Positions 8,839 through 18,664 of a DNA stretch of 64,000 nucleotides are shown here, piece by piece; within the stretch, counting starts at the first letter, position 1; every line of letters starts with the position of its first letter. The position numbers and the translations under genes are program-made. The notes under the pieces are model-generated. The model was given only the letters and a program-made list of their open reading frames with translations. It had not been told where the DNA came from and did not search any database. This stretch comes from Flavobacteriales bacterium (lineage in GTDB: Bacteria > Bacteroidota > Bacteroidia > Flavobacteriales_F > PHOS-HE28), in NCBI GenBank assembly GCA_039931265.1, contig JBDTSG010000094.1, positions 17,448 through 81,447 of the forward strand, written 5' to 3'.

Positions 8839-10071
8839 TCAGATCGTGGCGTCGCGCACGCGTTCGCGCTTCACCATCCTTTCCAACGCGTACAGCAACG
8901 CCACTGCCACCAGCAGCATGCCGGTGAAGAGGTACCATGTGGCCGCGTAGCCGAAGTGCGCGATCAGGTTAAGCCCGAGGGTATGCCCGAGGATGTGCGC
9001 CACGCTCCACGCGATGGTGAAGAGCGCCATGTACGCGCCGGGCTGTCCACGATCTGACCGATCGTAGGCGAAGCGGTTCATGAACGGGAAGTTGAGCATC
9101 TCGCCCACGGTAACGAACACCATGCCCACCCACAGGAAGCCGACCACCGGAAAGACATTGAGCACCACGAAGCTGAGGGCGATGAGCAGCACGCTGGAAC
9201 GCAGGGTGGCGTGCAACGCGAAGCCGCGCGTTTCGCAGTATTTCACCAGCGGCATTTCCAAGAGGAAGATGAGCAGGCCGTTGACGCCGAGCAGTACGCC
9301 GATGTATTCCTCGCTGAGGTGGTGCACCTGGCTGTAGAACAAGGGGATCGTGCTGAAGTACTGCAGGAAGGGAATGCTGATGAGCACAGTGGTGAGCAGG
9401 AAGAAGATGTAGGGCTTGTCGCGGTACGGTGAGCCGGTGGCGCTGGAACGCGCGGCCACGCCGTCCTTCATCGCTTGTTTCCGCGGAAGTCCGGACCACA
9501 TGAGGGCCGCCGCCGCGAAGCATGTGAGACCGTCCACCCAGAAAAGCCCGCCGTAACCCCAACCGGTGATGATGAGCCCACCGATGGCCGGCCCCATGCT
9601 GAAGCCGAGGTTGATGGCCAAGCGGATCAGCGATACCGCGCGCGTGCGGTCCTCGGGCCGCGCATAGCTGCGCAGCGCGACGAACATGGCGGGGCGGAAA
9701 GCATCGCTCAGCACCATGAGCACGAAGACGCCCACACAGAACGGCACGAAGCTGTGCGCGGTCTGCAACACGAGGAAGGCGACGCTCGAGGAGAGCAGCG
9801 CACCGATCATGATGTCGTAGAAGCCCAGCTTGTCGGTGAGCTTGCCACCGAGCCAGGAACCCAGCACCGAACCCGCGCCGAAGCAGCTCATGATCCAGCC
9901 CACCTGCTCGAGGGTAAGGCCCATGTCCTTGGTGAGGTAGAGCGAGAGGAAGGGCACCACCATGGTGCCCGCGCGGTTCACGAACGTTACGAGCGCCAGC
10001 AACCACACCTCCCGGCTGAAGCCTTTGAAGGAGTCCACATAGAAACGGTAAGCCTTGGCAAGCGCGCGCAC
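8839..10071 (-). CDS. MFS transporter
   Basis: Twelve hydrophobic segments are present. The loop motif LTDKLGFY/GxLxDRxGrk after TM2 is characteristic of the major facilitator superfamily. The start is GTG. Confidence 0.85.
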   Translation of the reverse strand: MRALAKAYRFYVDSFKGFSREVWLLALVTFVNRAGTMVVPFLSLYLTKDMGLTLEQVGWIMSCFGAGSVLGSWLGGKLTDKLGFYDIMIGALLSSSVAFLVLQTAHSFVPFCVGVFVLMVLSDAFRPAMFVALRSYARPEDRTRAVSLIRLAINLGFSMGPAIGGLIITGWGYGGLFWVDGLTCFAAAALMWSGLPRKQAMKDGVAARSSATGSPYRDKPYIFFLLTTVLISIPFLQYFSTIPLFYSQVHHLSEEYIGVLLGVNGLLIFLLEMPLVKYCETRGFALHATLRSSVLLIALSFVVLNVFPVVGFLWVGMVFVTVGEMLNFPFMNRFAYDRSDRGQPGAYMALFTIAWSVAHILGHTLGLNLIAHFGYAATWYLFTGMLLVAVALLYALERMVKRERVRDATI

Positions 10072-10134
10072 GCGGCAAACCTATCGGTGCGCCGGGATCG
10101 GGATCGAACAAGCAGTACCAACCGCACCCCCGTG

Positions 10135-10542
10135 CTACTCCATCTCCACGGTGAAGGAATTCGCGCGCACCAAGGTTTGCGGACCGAGGACATGGAAGCC
10201 ATTGCGCACGGGCGCATCAGCGATGCGCGTGATGCTGTCCGGGACGAGGATGATGCGCGGCGTGCGCGCACCGAGCGGGGCGCGGAAGAGCACCTTCACA
10301 TCGTGCATGCCCGTCTGCTTGTCGGGCCACAGCGGTTGCACCGCCAGCACGTCCATCGTCAGGAAGCGGTCGCGCGGTGTGGCATAGAGGAACCCGCCCT
10401 TGAACTCGGGACGCCAGTCGGGCGGCAGCACGCGTACGACCGTGCTGCCATTGAACAACGTGAACTGGAACTCGCCGGAGGATTGCGCCAACGCAGCACG
10501 CGGCACCAGTGCAACGAGCGCTATGAGGATCCACCGTGTCAT
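10135..10542 (-). CDS. Secreted hypothetical protein (~135 aa)
   Basis: An internal ATG gives a signal peptide (MTRWILIALVALVPRAALAQ). There are no recognisable motifs. Confidence 0.6.
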   Translation of the reverse strand: MTRWILIALVALVPRAALAQSSGEFQFTLFNGSTVVRVLPPDWRPEFKGGFLYATPRDRFLTMDVLAVQPLWPDKQTGMHDVKVLFRAPLGARTPRIILVPDSITRIADAPVRNGFHVLGPQTLVRANSFTVEME

Positions 10543-10596
10543 GCCGCCCTGCGCGCAACAAGCCTGCCGCGCGCCATGGCGTGACAAAGTAGCCGC

Positions 10597-12201
10597 TCAC
10601 TCCTTCACCACGCGCGTGCGCATCACCTGCGCGCCGCGCTGCACCAGCACCGTGTAGGTGCCCGGTGAAAGTCGCAGGCCCAGTTCGTTGCCCAGACCCG
10701 CAGCCTCTTCCACCGTGCGTCCGCTGGCATCGATGATGCGCACCGCAACGGCAGCATCGGAAAGCGCTCCGCCACTGACCAAGTGGAAGGAGGTGGAGAA
10801 AAGTGAAGGGCAAGCAACGAGACCGGCTTCGGCTTCCGCGATCAGCCCGATGCCGGTGCCCAACGCGGGATCAACGCGCGCTACCACGGAGCCACGCACG
10901 GCCATGGGATCCACGGTGAACGGACCGAAGGTGAACGGATCGCCGGTGGTGGCCACGAGATGGCAGATGCCGTCGTGCGTTACTGCAAGGTCGTGCACCA
11001 CATCGAGGGAAACAGCGCTACCACCCTCGATATGCGAGCGAGCGATGCCCGCGTTATCGAAACTCAACAGGCTGACCTGCTCTGTCTGCAAACCGCCGGT
11101 GTTGGAGACCATGCCGTTGCCCCAATCCACACTGCCGGAAACATTGCCCAGCACGTAGGCGTTCCCATCGTCGTCCACGCCGAGACCCATCCCCTGCCCT
11201 ATTCCGAAACGACCGATGATGCCGGCTTGCGGAGGTTCAACGCCCCATTCGAACACGCCCGAGCTGTCGAGGCGGGTGAGGAAGAAGGAAGTGTTCCACT
11301 CCGGCGCATTGAAGTGCACGTTGCCCCACGATACCGAGTCCAGCTGCGATCCGAGCAGGTAGGCGTGATCTTCCCCATCGGCCACCACACGCGGACGTTG
11401 GAAGGTGACATCGTGCGCGATGTGCAACCATTGTGCATCGCCCGCAGCGTTCATGCGCGCCAGGAAGAAGTTGTATTGCTCCACCACCGGAAAGGTGGTG
11501 CCGTTGATCGACACGCTGGGTACCGAAGCCGAACCCGAGACGTACATGCCGCCCGACGGATCGAAACAGATGTTGCCGATCGTCTTGGTCTCGAGCAAAA
11601 GGCGCGTGATCACCGGAAGTCCGTCGTTATTGAGCCGCACCAGCTTGGAGCCGAAGAAGGTGGAGAGGGCCACCCAGAGCTGCCCTTGCGGATCGAACGC
11701 GAGCGAAGCCACGCTCACATCATCGATCTGCCCGCCGGACTTGTCGTGCTGCCACAGCAACAGACCGTCCGCATCGAACGCACAGATGAAGGATCCCATG
11801 CCCGTGTGGAACGGAGGCACGGCCACCGTGGGATCGCCATCGATCACCAAGTGCCCGAAGTAGCGCCCACCGATCACCACCGTACCGGCCGCGTTGCTGG
11901 TGATGCTCTCCACCTTCACCGAATCATTGAGCACGACGGTCCACACCGGATCGCCGTTGGCATTCAACCGGGAGAGCGAATTGCGGCCAAGGATGTCGTT
12001 CCCATAAAGGATCGTCGCGGAGTCGAGGCCTGCCACGTACACATGATCGGGATCGCGTGCGCAGAGCACATCGGTCGGGAGGCTCGGGTTCAAGTTGAAG
12101 GAATTCGGCGCGACCGTGAGCCACTGCACCTGTTGCGCGGAAAGGAGTTGCGGGAGGAGGCTTGCGGCGAGTGCGGCAGCGAAGAATGAAGTGCGGAACA
12201 T
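10597..12201 (-). CDS. Secreted protein with T9SS C-terminal sorting domain
   Basis: An ATG start gives a signal peptide (MFRTSFFAAALAASLLPQLLSAQ). A beta-rich body is followed by a C-terminus (…GTYTVLVQRGAQVMRTRVVKE) that is CTD-like. Confidence 0.75.
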   Translation of the reverse strand: MFRTSFFAAALAASLLPQLLSAQQVQWLTVAPNSFNLNPSLPTDVLCARDPDHVYVAGLDSATILYGNDILGRNSLSRLNANGDPVWTVVLNDSVKVESITSNAAGTVVIGGRYFGHLVIDGDPTVAVPPFHTGMGSFICAFDADGLLLWQHDKSGGQIDDVSVASLAFDPQGQLWVALSTFFGSKLVRLNNDGLPVITRLLLETKTIGNICFDPSGGMYVSGSASVPSVSINGTTFPVVEQYNFFLARMNAAGDAQWLHIAHDVTFQRPRVVADGEDHAYLLGSQLDSVSWGNVHFNAPEWNTSFFLTRLDSSGVFEWGVEPPQAGIIGRFGIGQGMGLGVDDDGNAYVLGNVSGSVDWGNGMVSNTGGLQTEQVSLLSFDNAGIARSHIEGGSAVSLDVVHDLAVTHDGICHLVATTGDPFTFGPFTVDPMAVRGSVVARVDPALGTGIGLIAEAEAGLVACPSLFSTSFHLVSGGALSDAAVAVRIIDASGRTVEEAAGLGNELGLRLSPGTYTVLVQRGAQVMRTRVVKE

Positions 12202-12504
12202 GATGAACGTGTTGTTGGTTGGACGGACGACCGATCGCGGATGGCGCCCCGGGTTCGTTGTTCGGGTGATGCGCTTGTCCATGGCCGTCCAAGGACAACA
12301 GGAACCGGTCAAGCCACTGGTTGGATGTTCTGGTTGGTGCGGAACAGGTTGGTCGGGTCCCCGGCATTGAACAGCAGCATCACCAAAACCTCCTTGTGGA
12401 GGATGCTCTCGGGCAGGAAGGGGCCGTTCGGCCCCTTCGACGAACGCACGCGCCTCCTTCCGATGTCGGTCCCATGTTTGTCACATCGGGAGAAAGGGCC
12501 GACC

Positions 12505-13248
12505 ATGCAAAAGCGATCCAAAATTCTTCTTGCATTGTGCAACGGCACGTTGACCGCAGCAGCGCAGTGCAGCATCGACCTTCCTACGGACACGGTACAC
12601 CTCTACCTGGGCTACGAACCGCTGACCTGCACCACGTTGGAACCTGTTGTGAACAGTGCCCGTTCCCACGAGCTGGTGTGGAGCAACGGCCTCACTGCTT
12701 CCGCGATCGACGTATGTGCGACCGCGAGCGAATGGTACTTCGTGGCGTTGATGGGCGACAAGGACTGCTACGCGGCTGATTCGGTTTTCGTGAACGTGGT
12801 GGATGCGCGCTGCGACGACGGCAAGGTGCGCATGTGCCATACCCCGCCGAACAACCCGTCCACCATGTACACCATCTGCGTAGACCGGGATGACGTAGCG
12901 ACCCATTTGGATCACGGATGCGTTCTGGGCGATTGCGGTTTCACCACGGGCTTGTCGGCAACCGAAGACCCACAGGGCTATACGGTGCTGGTGAGCATAG
13001 CACCGAACCCCATGGATGGCAGTGGCACTTTGCGTGTGGTCAGCCTCCGATCACAGCATGTGCTCGTGCGCGCCCTCGACCCGACCGGTCGCGAGCTCAT
13101 GGTCTTTCTCGATGAGGAACTCCAAGCGAACGAGGAGCGGCAGATCGCCATGGACGGCAGCAATTTCCCGCCGGGCTTGGCAGCGGCATGGATCGAAGGC
13201 CAGGGAAGATCCGAGCGCCGGGTACAGCCGCTCATCCTGGCACGCTAG
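12505..13248 (+). CDS. Cys-rich secreted protein with T9SS-like C-terminal domain
   Basis: A signal peptide (MQKRSKILLALCNGTLTAAAQC) is followed by many Cys residues. The C-terminal segment …IAPNPMDGSGTLRVVSL… has the PNP motif common at the start of T9SS CTDs. Confidence 0.65.
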   Translation: MQKRSKILLALCNGTLTAAAQCSIDLPTDTVHLYLGYEPLTCTTLEPVVNSARSHELVWSNGLTASAIDVCATASEWYFVALMGDKDCYAADSVFVNVVDARCDDGKVRMCHTPPNNPSTMYTICVDRDDVATHLDHGCVLGDCGFTTGLSATEDPQGYTVLVSIAPNPMDGSGTLRVVSLRSQHVLVRALDPTGRELMVFLDEELQANEERQIAMDGSNFPPGLAAAWIEGQGRSERRVQPLILAR

Positions 13249-13268
13249 GCCTGCATCAACGTTCCGCT

Positions 13269-14354
13269 TTACACCGGGCCATGCGGCCTTGGCTTGATAT
13301 ACCGGCTTGGATCCACGCCGATGGTTGTGCAGAGTTCGCGCACGGCCTTCTCCCGCTCCTTCATGTCCTCCGTATTGAAGCGCAAGAAGAAGGGCCGGTG
13401 GTCCCAATCGAACGCTGAAGCGGACTTTCCGTTCAGGAAATAGAGCATTGCAGCATAGTGGCAAGCGGTGCCGCCGTCGCGCTCCATGAGGCCGCGCAAA
13501 AGGGTGGTGATGATCTCCGGCGGATGGAACGACTCCACTTGGAGCAACGCCGTTGTGAGACCACCGGACCGGTCGCCTTGCTGCAAGACTTGAACAAGCG
13601 ACGCCGTACGCTGCGGTTGCGAGATCAGCTCCGGTGCGTACGAATGCACGGCCATCCGTACAGCGGAACTACCGCTGTTGAATGCTTGCTTCAAGGCCTC
13701 CTTCGCACGGTCCGTGCCCAGCGCAGCCAGTGCTTCAACGTCGCGCCAATCCTCATTCCTTCGTTGGATGAGCAGGCCCTCGATGGCGTTCCGTTCTTCC
13801 GCAGTCGCCTGTGGGATCAGCTCAAGATCATAGCCAATGCCATCGTGCCACTTGTCGTAGTCGATCTGCATACTTGCCTTGAAACGGGCCAAGACAGAGT
13901 TCGGATCATGGATCAGCTTTTCCCAGATGGCGCGCTCTGCCGGTGTGGCATCGCTGTACGCGGAACGTCCGGTATTCGGCACATTCGCTGGAGGATCGGG
14001 GATCGCGTTCGATGCGGCGTAACTCGCTTCAAGCTTCGCGCGGATGGCATCCATGTCCGGCTCCGGTTCGGGCGCATGCGGTGGTTCCAGCACGAAGAAG
14101 TGCCGCTTGTCATCGGTGAATTCACCGGAGTAGCTGCTGCTGTTGCGGTCGTAGAAATCAAGGTCGGCGGTATTCCCGCGTGGTCGTGAGGATACGGGCA
14201 GTGCCAGTTTGATGTATGCTCCGCACGGTGCCGCAGGAAAGCCGTGCGCGAACTCAGCGATCGAATTGCCTGCTGCGAGTTCAGCCATCACCAACTCGCG
14301 CAGCACGGCCGGGAATTCCGCGAACTCTTTCTCGTTCTCCTTCGGGATGCTCAT
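13269..14354 (-). CDS. Hypothetical cytoplasmic protein with HEAT/ARM-like C-terminal helices (last gene of unknown six-gene operon)
   Basis: The ORF is 361 aa with no signal peptide or TM segment. The C-terminal half consists of repeated helical hairpins (…ALAALGTDRAKEALKQAFNSGSSAVRMAVHSYAPEL…). Confidence 0.7.
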   Translation of the reverse strand: MSIPKENEKEFAEFPAVLRELVMAELAAGNSIAEFAHGFPAAPCGAYIKLALPVSSRPRGNTADLDFYDRNSSSYSGEFTDDKRHFFVLEPPHAPEPEPDMDAIRAKLEASYAASNAIPDPPANVPNTGRSAYSDATPAERAIWEKLIHDPNSVLARFKASMQIDYDKWHDGIGYDLELIPQATAEERNAIEGLLIQRRNEDWRDVEALAALGTDRAKEALKQAFNSGSSAVRMAVHSYAPELISQPQRTASLVQVLQQGDRSGGLTTALLQVESFHPPEIITTLLRGLMERDGGTACHYAAMLYFLNGKSASAFDWDHRPFFLRFNTEDMKEREKAVRELCTTIGVDPSRYIKPRPHGPV

Positions 14355-14374
14355 GGCGTGCGCATTGCTCAGCT

Positions 14375-15433
14375 TCAGGTCGGATCCACCCTTTCCTTGA
14401 AGTCGGCAATGACCGGGGCGAAATCCACACCGGTGCTTGCGAATTTCTCAGGGAGAACACCGAACATCTCCGTACCCCAGCGACGCAGATCCCTGAGGTT
14501 CTTCTTCGTGGTGTAGTTGGGTGCGGGAATGCGACCCACCCAACGCTGCATGGCCGAACGCGCTGGGCTGGCGAGACGGGCTTGCTCGGCAGGAGTCAGC
14601 GTTGCGCTGTAGAGGAACTCGACCGCAGGCTCCACATAGCCGGTCTCCAATTCGGTGGAGAGCCTTTCCGGAAAGTCAGGGTGTGAGCGCAGGCGAGCGG
14701 TGGCGGCCTCTCGTATTTCGCGGCTGGCATACCGGGTCGCCAAGCCGAGGAGCTCGTCGAAACCGGTCTGCGGATCAAGCGTGGATACCTTGGTGAGAAT
14801 TTCCTGCGATGATGGCCCGTTGAGGCGTTGAGCGATGTTCGCTATACCGCCGACACCCTCGGTGGCGAGCCAATAGCCGCCAAAGCCAACGCCGCCGACA
14901 AGGCACAGCCCGGCGCCAATGGTCCACGGTAACCGAACGGTTCGCGGAGAAATTCCGAGCTGCGGATTCAGGCTCAAGACGATCAGCAACATGGTGGCGA
15001 GGAGAACAAGGAGAAGCGGCAGATAATAGATGAAGCTCGGCGCGAATCCCGGCCGGATATAGCTGCCGACGAGCACGAACGAAACGACCGTCAGCGCGAG
15101 TGCCGCGGCCACGGTGAGCACGTAAAGGGCGGGACGGCCAAGTCGCAGCCAGTCAAATCCACCACTGCCGGTCACGCACAGCAACCCGGCCATCAGCAGC
15201 AGCCACATGGGGGTCAATATGTACAGGGCGGGCGTCACCCATGAAGAGTCGCTCAGGTGTTTCCGCGCGTATTCCCATAGCAGATAATTCAGCGGCACCA
15301 GGAAAATAAGGGCAGCGAGGGCGACGCAGATATTGCCGGTGGTTTGGTAGGGTGACATGGTGGGTGGGTTCATGTTTTCGGGGCACGCGCTATGCGACGA
15401 GATGATCCAATAGCTTGCCCAGCGCGGGATCAC
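14375..15433 (-). CDS. Membrane protein, tandem paralog of 15512-16783; 5' end apparently frameshifted
   Basis: The tracked ORF begins with GTG. An ATG that overlaps the upstream stop (ATGA, ~15513) encodes MNWLASILPAIITAALLGSCLWRISANG, which parallels MSWLASFFIAVISGILGLICTGFIASLCVDWFRISS of the upstream gene. That frame stops after 41 codons, and the similarity continues in the tracked frame (WASYWII vs GASGYYVIF). There are four or more TM segments followed by a soluble C-terminal domain. Confidence 0.65.
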   Translation of the reverse strand: MIPRWASYWIISSHSACPENMNPPTMSPYQTTGNICVALAALIFLVPLNYLLWEYARKHLSDSSWVTPALYILTPMWLLLMAGLLCVTGSGGFDWLRLGRPALYVLTVAAALALTVVSFVLVGSYIRPGFAPSFIYYLPLLLVLLATMLLIVLSLNPQLGISPRTVRLPWTIGAGLCLVGGVGFGGYWLATEGVGGIANIAQRLNGPSSQEILTKVSTLDPQTGFDELLGLATRYASREIREAATARLRSHPDFPERLSTELETGYVEPAVEFLYSATLTPAEQARLASPARSAMQRWVGRIPAPNYTTKKNLRDLRRWGTEMFGVLPEKFASTGVDFAPVIADFKERVDPT

Positions 15434-15511
15434 CGTTCGCAGAAATTCGCCAGAGGCAAGATCCCAACAGAGCTGCGGTGATGATAGCAGGGAGAATGGA
15501 AGCGAGCCAGT

Positions 15512-16783
15512 TCATGGGTTCTTCTCTAATGCGGACTTGTTCAGTTCATCGAGGATCACGCGCGCGTTCACCTCGATCTCGTCCAAGGCGTTGCCGGTCA
15601 CGCGATCGACCGTAAGGTCATGGATCTCCTTCACCGGTGGGCGACCATCCACACCGATACGCTGGTGGATCGTCCACCACGCCTGCTTCCAATAGTTGAA
15701 GCGCGTGTTCAAGTCCTGTCGCACTTGATAGAACGAGGCATCGTCACGCGTCAACGTGTTGAAGGCACGGATGCCGACGGCGATGGCATGCCCTTCAGCG
15801 AGTACGGCCTCCACGACTTCCGGCGCGGGCTGCTCCGGATACTCGGCCGCGCGCAAAGCATACTCGCGCGTGGTGGCCTCGGTCGATCGGATGAGTTCCG
15901 CCAATTCCACCTGGCGCTCGTTGATCGCCTTGATGACGATGGCGCTGCGTTCGTCGTTGGGCTCTTCGAACAGGAAGGGCAGCAGTTCGGCCAACGAAGG
16001 ATCGGCCTTCAGCGCAGCGAATTGCTCTGCGCGCACCACTTCAGGATCGGGCGGCGGTGGTTCGGGCTGCACCACTTGCACGCGCCAACGCATGTTGAAC
16101 TTCGCCTCTTTGGGCGGCTCCGGTTTTCCGGCATCCCAAGCCGGCTCCACCCATGTGCTCCACGTGGTGTCGCTCTGCTTCGGGTGCGCACGCAGAAAGA
16201 GGCCGAAGAGCAAACTGTTGTCCTTGTCGAACCGTACGGAGACGAATTTCTTGGAAACACTTGTCGTCAGCGGAACCGTGGCCGGCACCACCCAGTGTCC
16301 ATCGAGGAGTTGCGCTTCTTGCAGCCGTAGGTCGTGACCCGGTAAGCGACGGCCACCCGGCAGATACACCTCCGCAGTGGCGCCGTATTCATCCAACGTG
16401 TCGGGGAGAACGAAGCCTTTGGGGCAACGCACTTCGATGTCGAGTTTCAGCGGACGGCCGTCGATCTCCGGAGCGATGTCAGCGCTGAGCCGGCACAGTG
16501 CGAGCACGATCAGCGAGATGCCCAAGATGGCGCCACATGCGACACCTACGCCTTTGAGGAACCCGGGTGAGGCACCCGCCGCCACATAGCGCGCAGCCAC
16601 CATGCCGATGATGAACGACACAACACCACCGAGCAATGCGATGAAGATGACGTAGTAACCGGAAGCACCTTCGCGGCTGGAGATCCGGAACCAATCCACA
16701 CAAAGGCTCGCGATGAAGCCCGTGCAAATGAGGCCGAGGATCCCGGATATCACGGCGATGAAGAAGGAAGCGAGCCAGCTCAT
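15512..16783 (-). CDS. Membrane protein (N-terminal 3-4 TM helices plus ~300-aa soluble domain), paralog of 14375-15433
   Basis: The start is ATG. The TM segments lie in the first 100 aa. It belongs to no recognisable family. Confidence 0.7.
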   Translation of the reverse strand: MSWLASFFIAVISGILGLICTGFIASLCVDWFRISSREGASGYYVIFIALLGGVVSFIIGMVAARYVAAGASPGFLKGVGVACGAILGISLIVLALCRLSADIAPEIDGRPLKLDIEVRCPKGFVLPDTLDEYGATAEVYLPGGRRLPGHDLRLQEAQLLDGHWVVPATVPLTTSVSKKFVSVRFDKDNSLLFGLFLRAHPKQSDTTWSTWVEPAWDAGKPEPPKEAKFNMRWRVQVVQPEPPPPDPEVVRAEQFAALKADPSLAELLPFLFEEPNDERSAIVIKAINERQVELAELIRSTEATTREYALRAAEYPEQPAPEVVEAVLAEGHAIAVGIRAFNTLTRDDASFYQVRQDLNTRFNYWKQAWWTIHQRIGVDGRPPVKEIHDLTVDRVTGNALDEIEVNARVILDELNKSALEKNP

Positions 16784-16843
16784 GGGCGGTGGTGCGTTAG
16801 GTTGAAGTTCGATCCCGCGCCGGTGTGTTCCCGTGGAGGTCCA

Positions 16844-17113
16844 CTAGAGCAGCGCAATGAAGAAAACGATACCCATGACCACCACAGGGATGAACGCGAT
16901 CAACGCCGCCCAAGCGATCTGGCCATTGCGCATCAGAACGATGCTGGCGATCACGCATACCAATGCAAGGATGCTGAGCCCACCAGCCCAGAGCTTCATG
17001 GAGCGGATCTGTTCGGGACCCGCGTTCGCTGCTCCTGCCGCATGGAACACGAGCATCAGGAGCGTCGTTCCTACGGTACACACCATGGCGGCGATGGGCA
17101 ACAGGTACTTCAT
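16844..17113 (-). CDS. Small two-TM membrane protein (89 aa)
   Basis: There are two hydrophobic helices. The ORF sits in a 370-bp gap inside the co-directional operon. Confidence 0.5.
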   Translation of the reverse strand: MKYLLPIAAMVCTVGTTLLMLVFHAAGAANAGPEQIRSMKLWAGGLSILALVCVIASIVLMRNGQIAWAALIAFIPVVVMGIVFFIALL

Positions 17114-17152
17114 GGTCGTCGTTCGTGGTTCCGGTTGGTTGGTGCAAGATCA

Positions 17153-18664
17153 TCAAGCCCCGGGGTCGCTGCCGTAATCGGACACGAGTTGCTCCCGGAA
17201 TTCATCGCGCTCCTCCGAGAGCGCTGTGCCCTCCCCACCGCTAGTGGCCATGCTGGCATAGAAGAAGATGAAGTGACTGGACTTCTTGAACGCGGCAAGA
17301 GCACCAGGTGCATCACCCGCGCTCTTCAGTCGCAGCATTCGCAACCGGTACATGTCGGCGGTCGCGTGGGCAAAGGCCAGATGCGGGACACCATCACGGA
17401 TCACTTGCTCCGCCTCTTCCAAGCGATCCTGCTGCTCCAAGGCCACCGCTTTGTTCCACCATGCTGGCAGATCTTTCGGGGCTGGCACTGATGCAGGCGC
17501 TTCTCGACGTTCAGGCTCGAAAGAGCAGCTATTGAGGATAAGCTCAGCAAGGTTGCACGCTGCGGTCCTACGCTCAGGTGAAGTGGTGACGCGGGCGCGG
17601 AGCACCATTTCATCGGTCCGGTGTGGGAAGAGCATGTGGTACTGCTCGATCGCCTGGCCACCGACCGCGATGTTGCGCACGCCGAGCGCTTCGATCTTGC
17701 CGTATGCAAAGCGCATACACTCCGGCTCCGGGTAGTCCTTCCTCACCTGCGCTTCCAATTCGTTCAGGAGTTCGTCATAGTCACGGCCTTCCGTCGCCAT
17801 GGTGTTGAGGCTGATCTGCACCTCGTCCTTCGGATCCAGCACCAGCGTTCGTTTTCCGTCGTCGATCACGTACCATCCGTAAGGGACGTTGAAGTGCGCG
17901 AGGATCGCTCCCCCAGCGAGCGTCGCGACTTTCGTTGCATCGTCCGTGGCGATCACCTTCGGGACAAGTCCGATCCCCTTATCGCGCAGGTTCGCGTTCA
18001 CCTTGGCTTCCGGATCCAGCGAGGCCGCTGTGCCAGCGAACGCGAAGTCAGCGAACGTGGGATCCTTCTCGGCTACGGGCTCTGGTGGTTCGGGTGCCTC
18101 GGACGCGAACTTGTGCGCTTCGATGTCCGGATCCACCGCTGGAGGTGGCGCTGGCGTTGCGGTCTCTTCGGTGAAGCGCGAACCCTTGGGTGTTTCCAAC
18201 GCGAACGAACCGATCATGGCGAACCATGCTTCGCGCACAGCATCGGCGAGCAGTTCGGGAGCTGTCAACGTGAGGTTGATCAGGCGTCCGCCATCCTCCA
18301 AGAACGCGAAGCGCACCACCATCGTTCCCAGTTCCGACGGTTGCGTGGCCTCCCCCATCATGGCCGTTACACCTGCGATCCGGGCAGGGCCGATCGCACG
18401 GGCCGTGAGCTGGTTGTTGTTCAGGTTGTACCATGCCCAATCGTGCAAGGTGCCATCATCGTATGCTGGTCGCGCGGCGAAGGCGAACACGATGGCTGCG
18501 TGCGGGGCAGTGACCAACGCGAGTGGAAAAAACGAGGTCGGGTTCGAGAAGTCCGGTTCTTCCGGCGGCAGTTCATGCGCGATCCAATCCACAGGGATTT
18601 GCGCGCTGAAGCCCAACTCAGCAACGCGATCAGTGAACTTCCGCAGTGAGAGATCCATTGGCAT
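17153..18664 (-). CDS. Hypothetical soluble protein (503 aa), operon gene 2
   Basis: No TM segment is present. The central part is Pro/Glu-rich, and no P-loop or catalytic motif was seen. The start directly abuts the stop of the upstream gene (18664/18665). Confidence 0.7.
   Translation of the reverse strand: MPMDLSLRKFTDRVAELGFSAQIPVDWIAHELPPEEPDFSNPTSFFPLALVTAPHAAIVFAFAARPAYDDGTLHDWAWYNLNNNQLTARAIGPARIAGVTAMMGEATQPSELGTMVVRFAFLEDGGRLINLTLTAPELLADAVREAWFAMIGSFALETPKGSRFTEETATPAPPPAVDPDIEAHKFASEAPEPPEPVAEKDPTFADFAFAGTAASLDPEAKVNANLRDKGIGLVPKVIATDDATKVATLAGGAILAHFNVPYGWYVIDDGKRTLVLDPKDEVQISLNTMATEGRDYDELLNELEAQVRKDYPEPECMRFAYGKIEALGVRNIAVGGQAIEQYHMLFPHRTDEMVLRARVTTSPERRTAACNLAELILNSCSFEPERREAPASVPAPKDLPAWWNKAVALEQQDRLEEAEQVIRDGVPHLAFAHATADMYRLRMLRLKSAGDAPGALAAFKKSSHFIFFYASMATSGGEGTALSEERDEFREQLVSDYGSDPGA

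Noticed and set aside
9475-12189. Plus-strand ORFs 9475-10584 (369 aa) and 10960-12189 (409 aa)
   Set aside because: They are antisense to the MFS transporter and the T9SS cargo gene respectively. They are rich in Arg/His/Glu runs typical of reverse-strand GC-rich artefacts.
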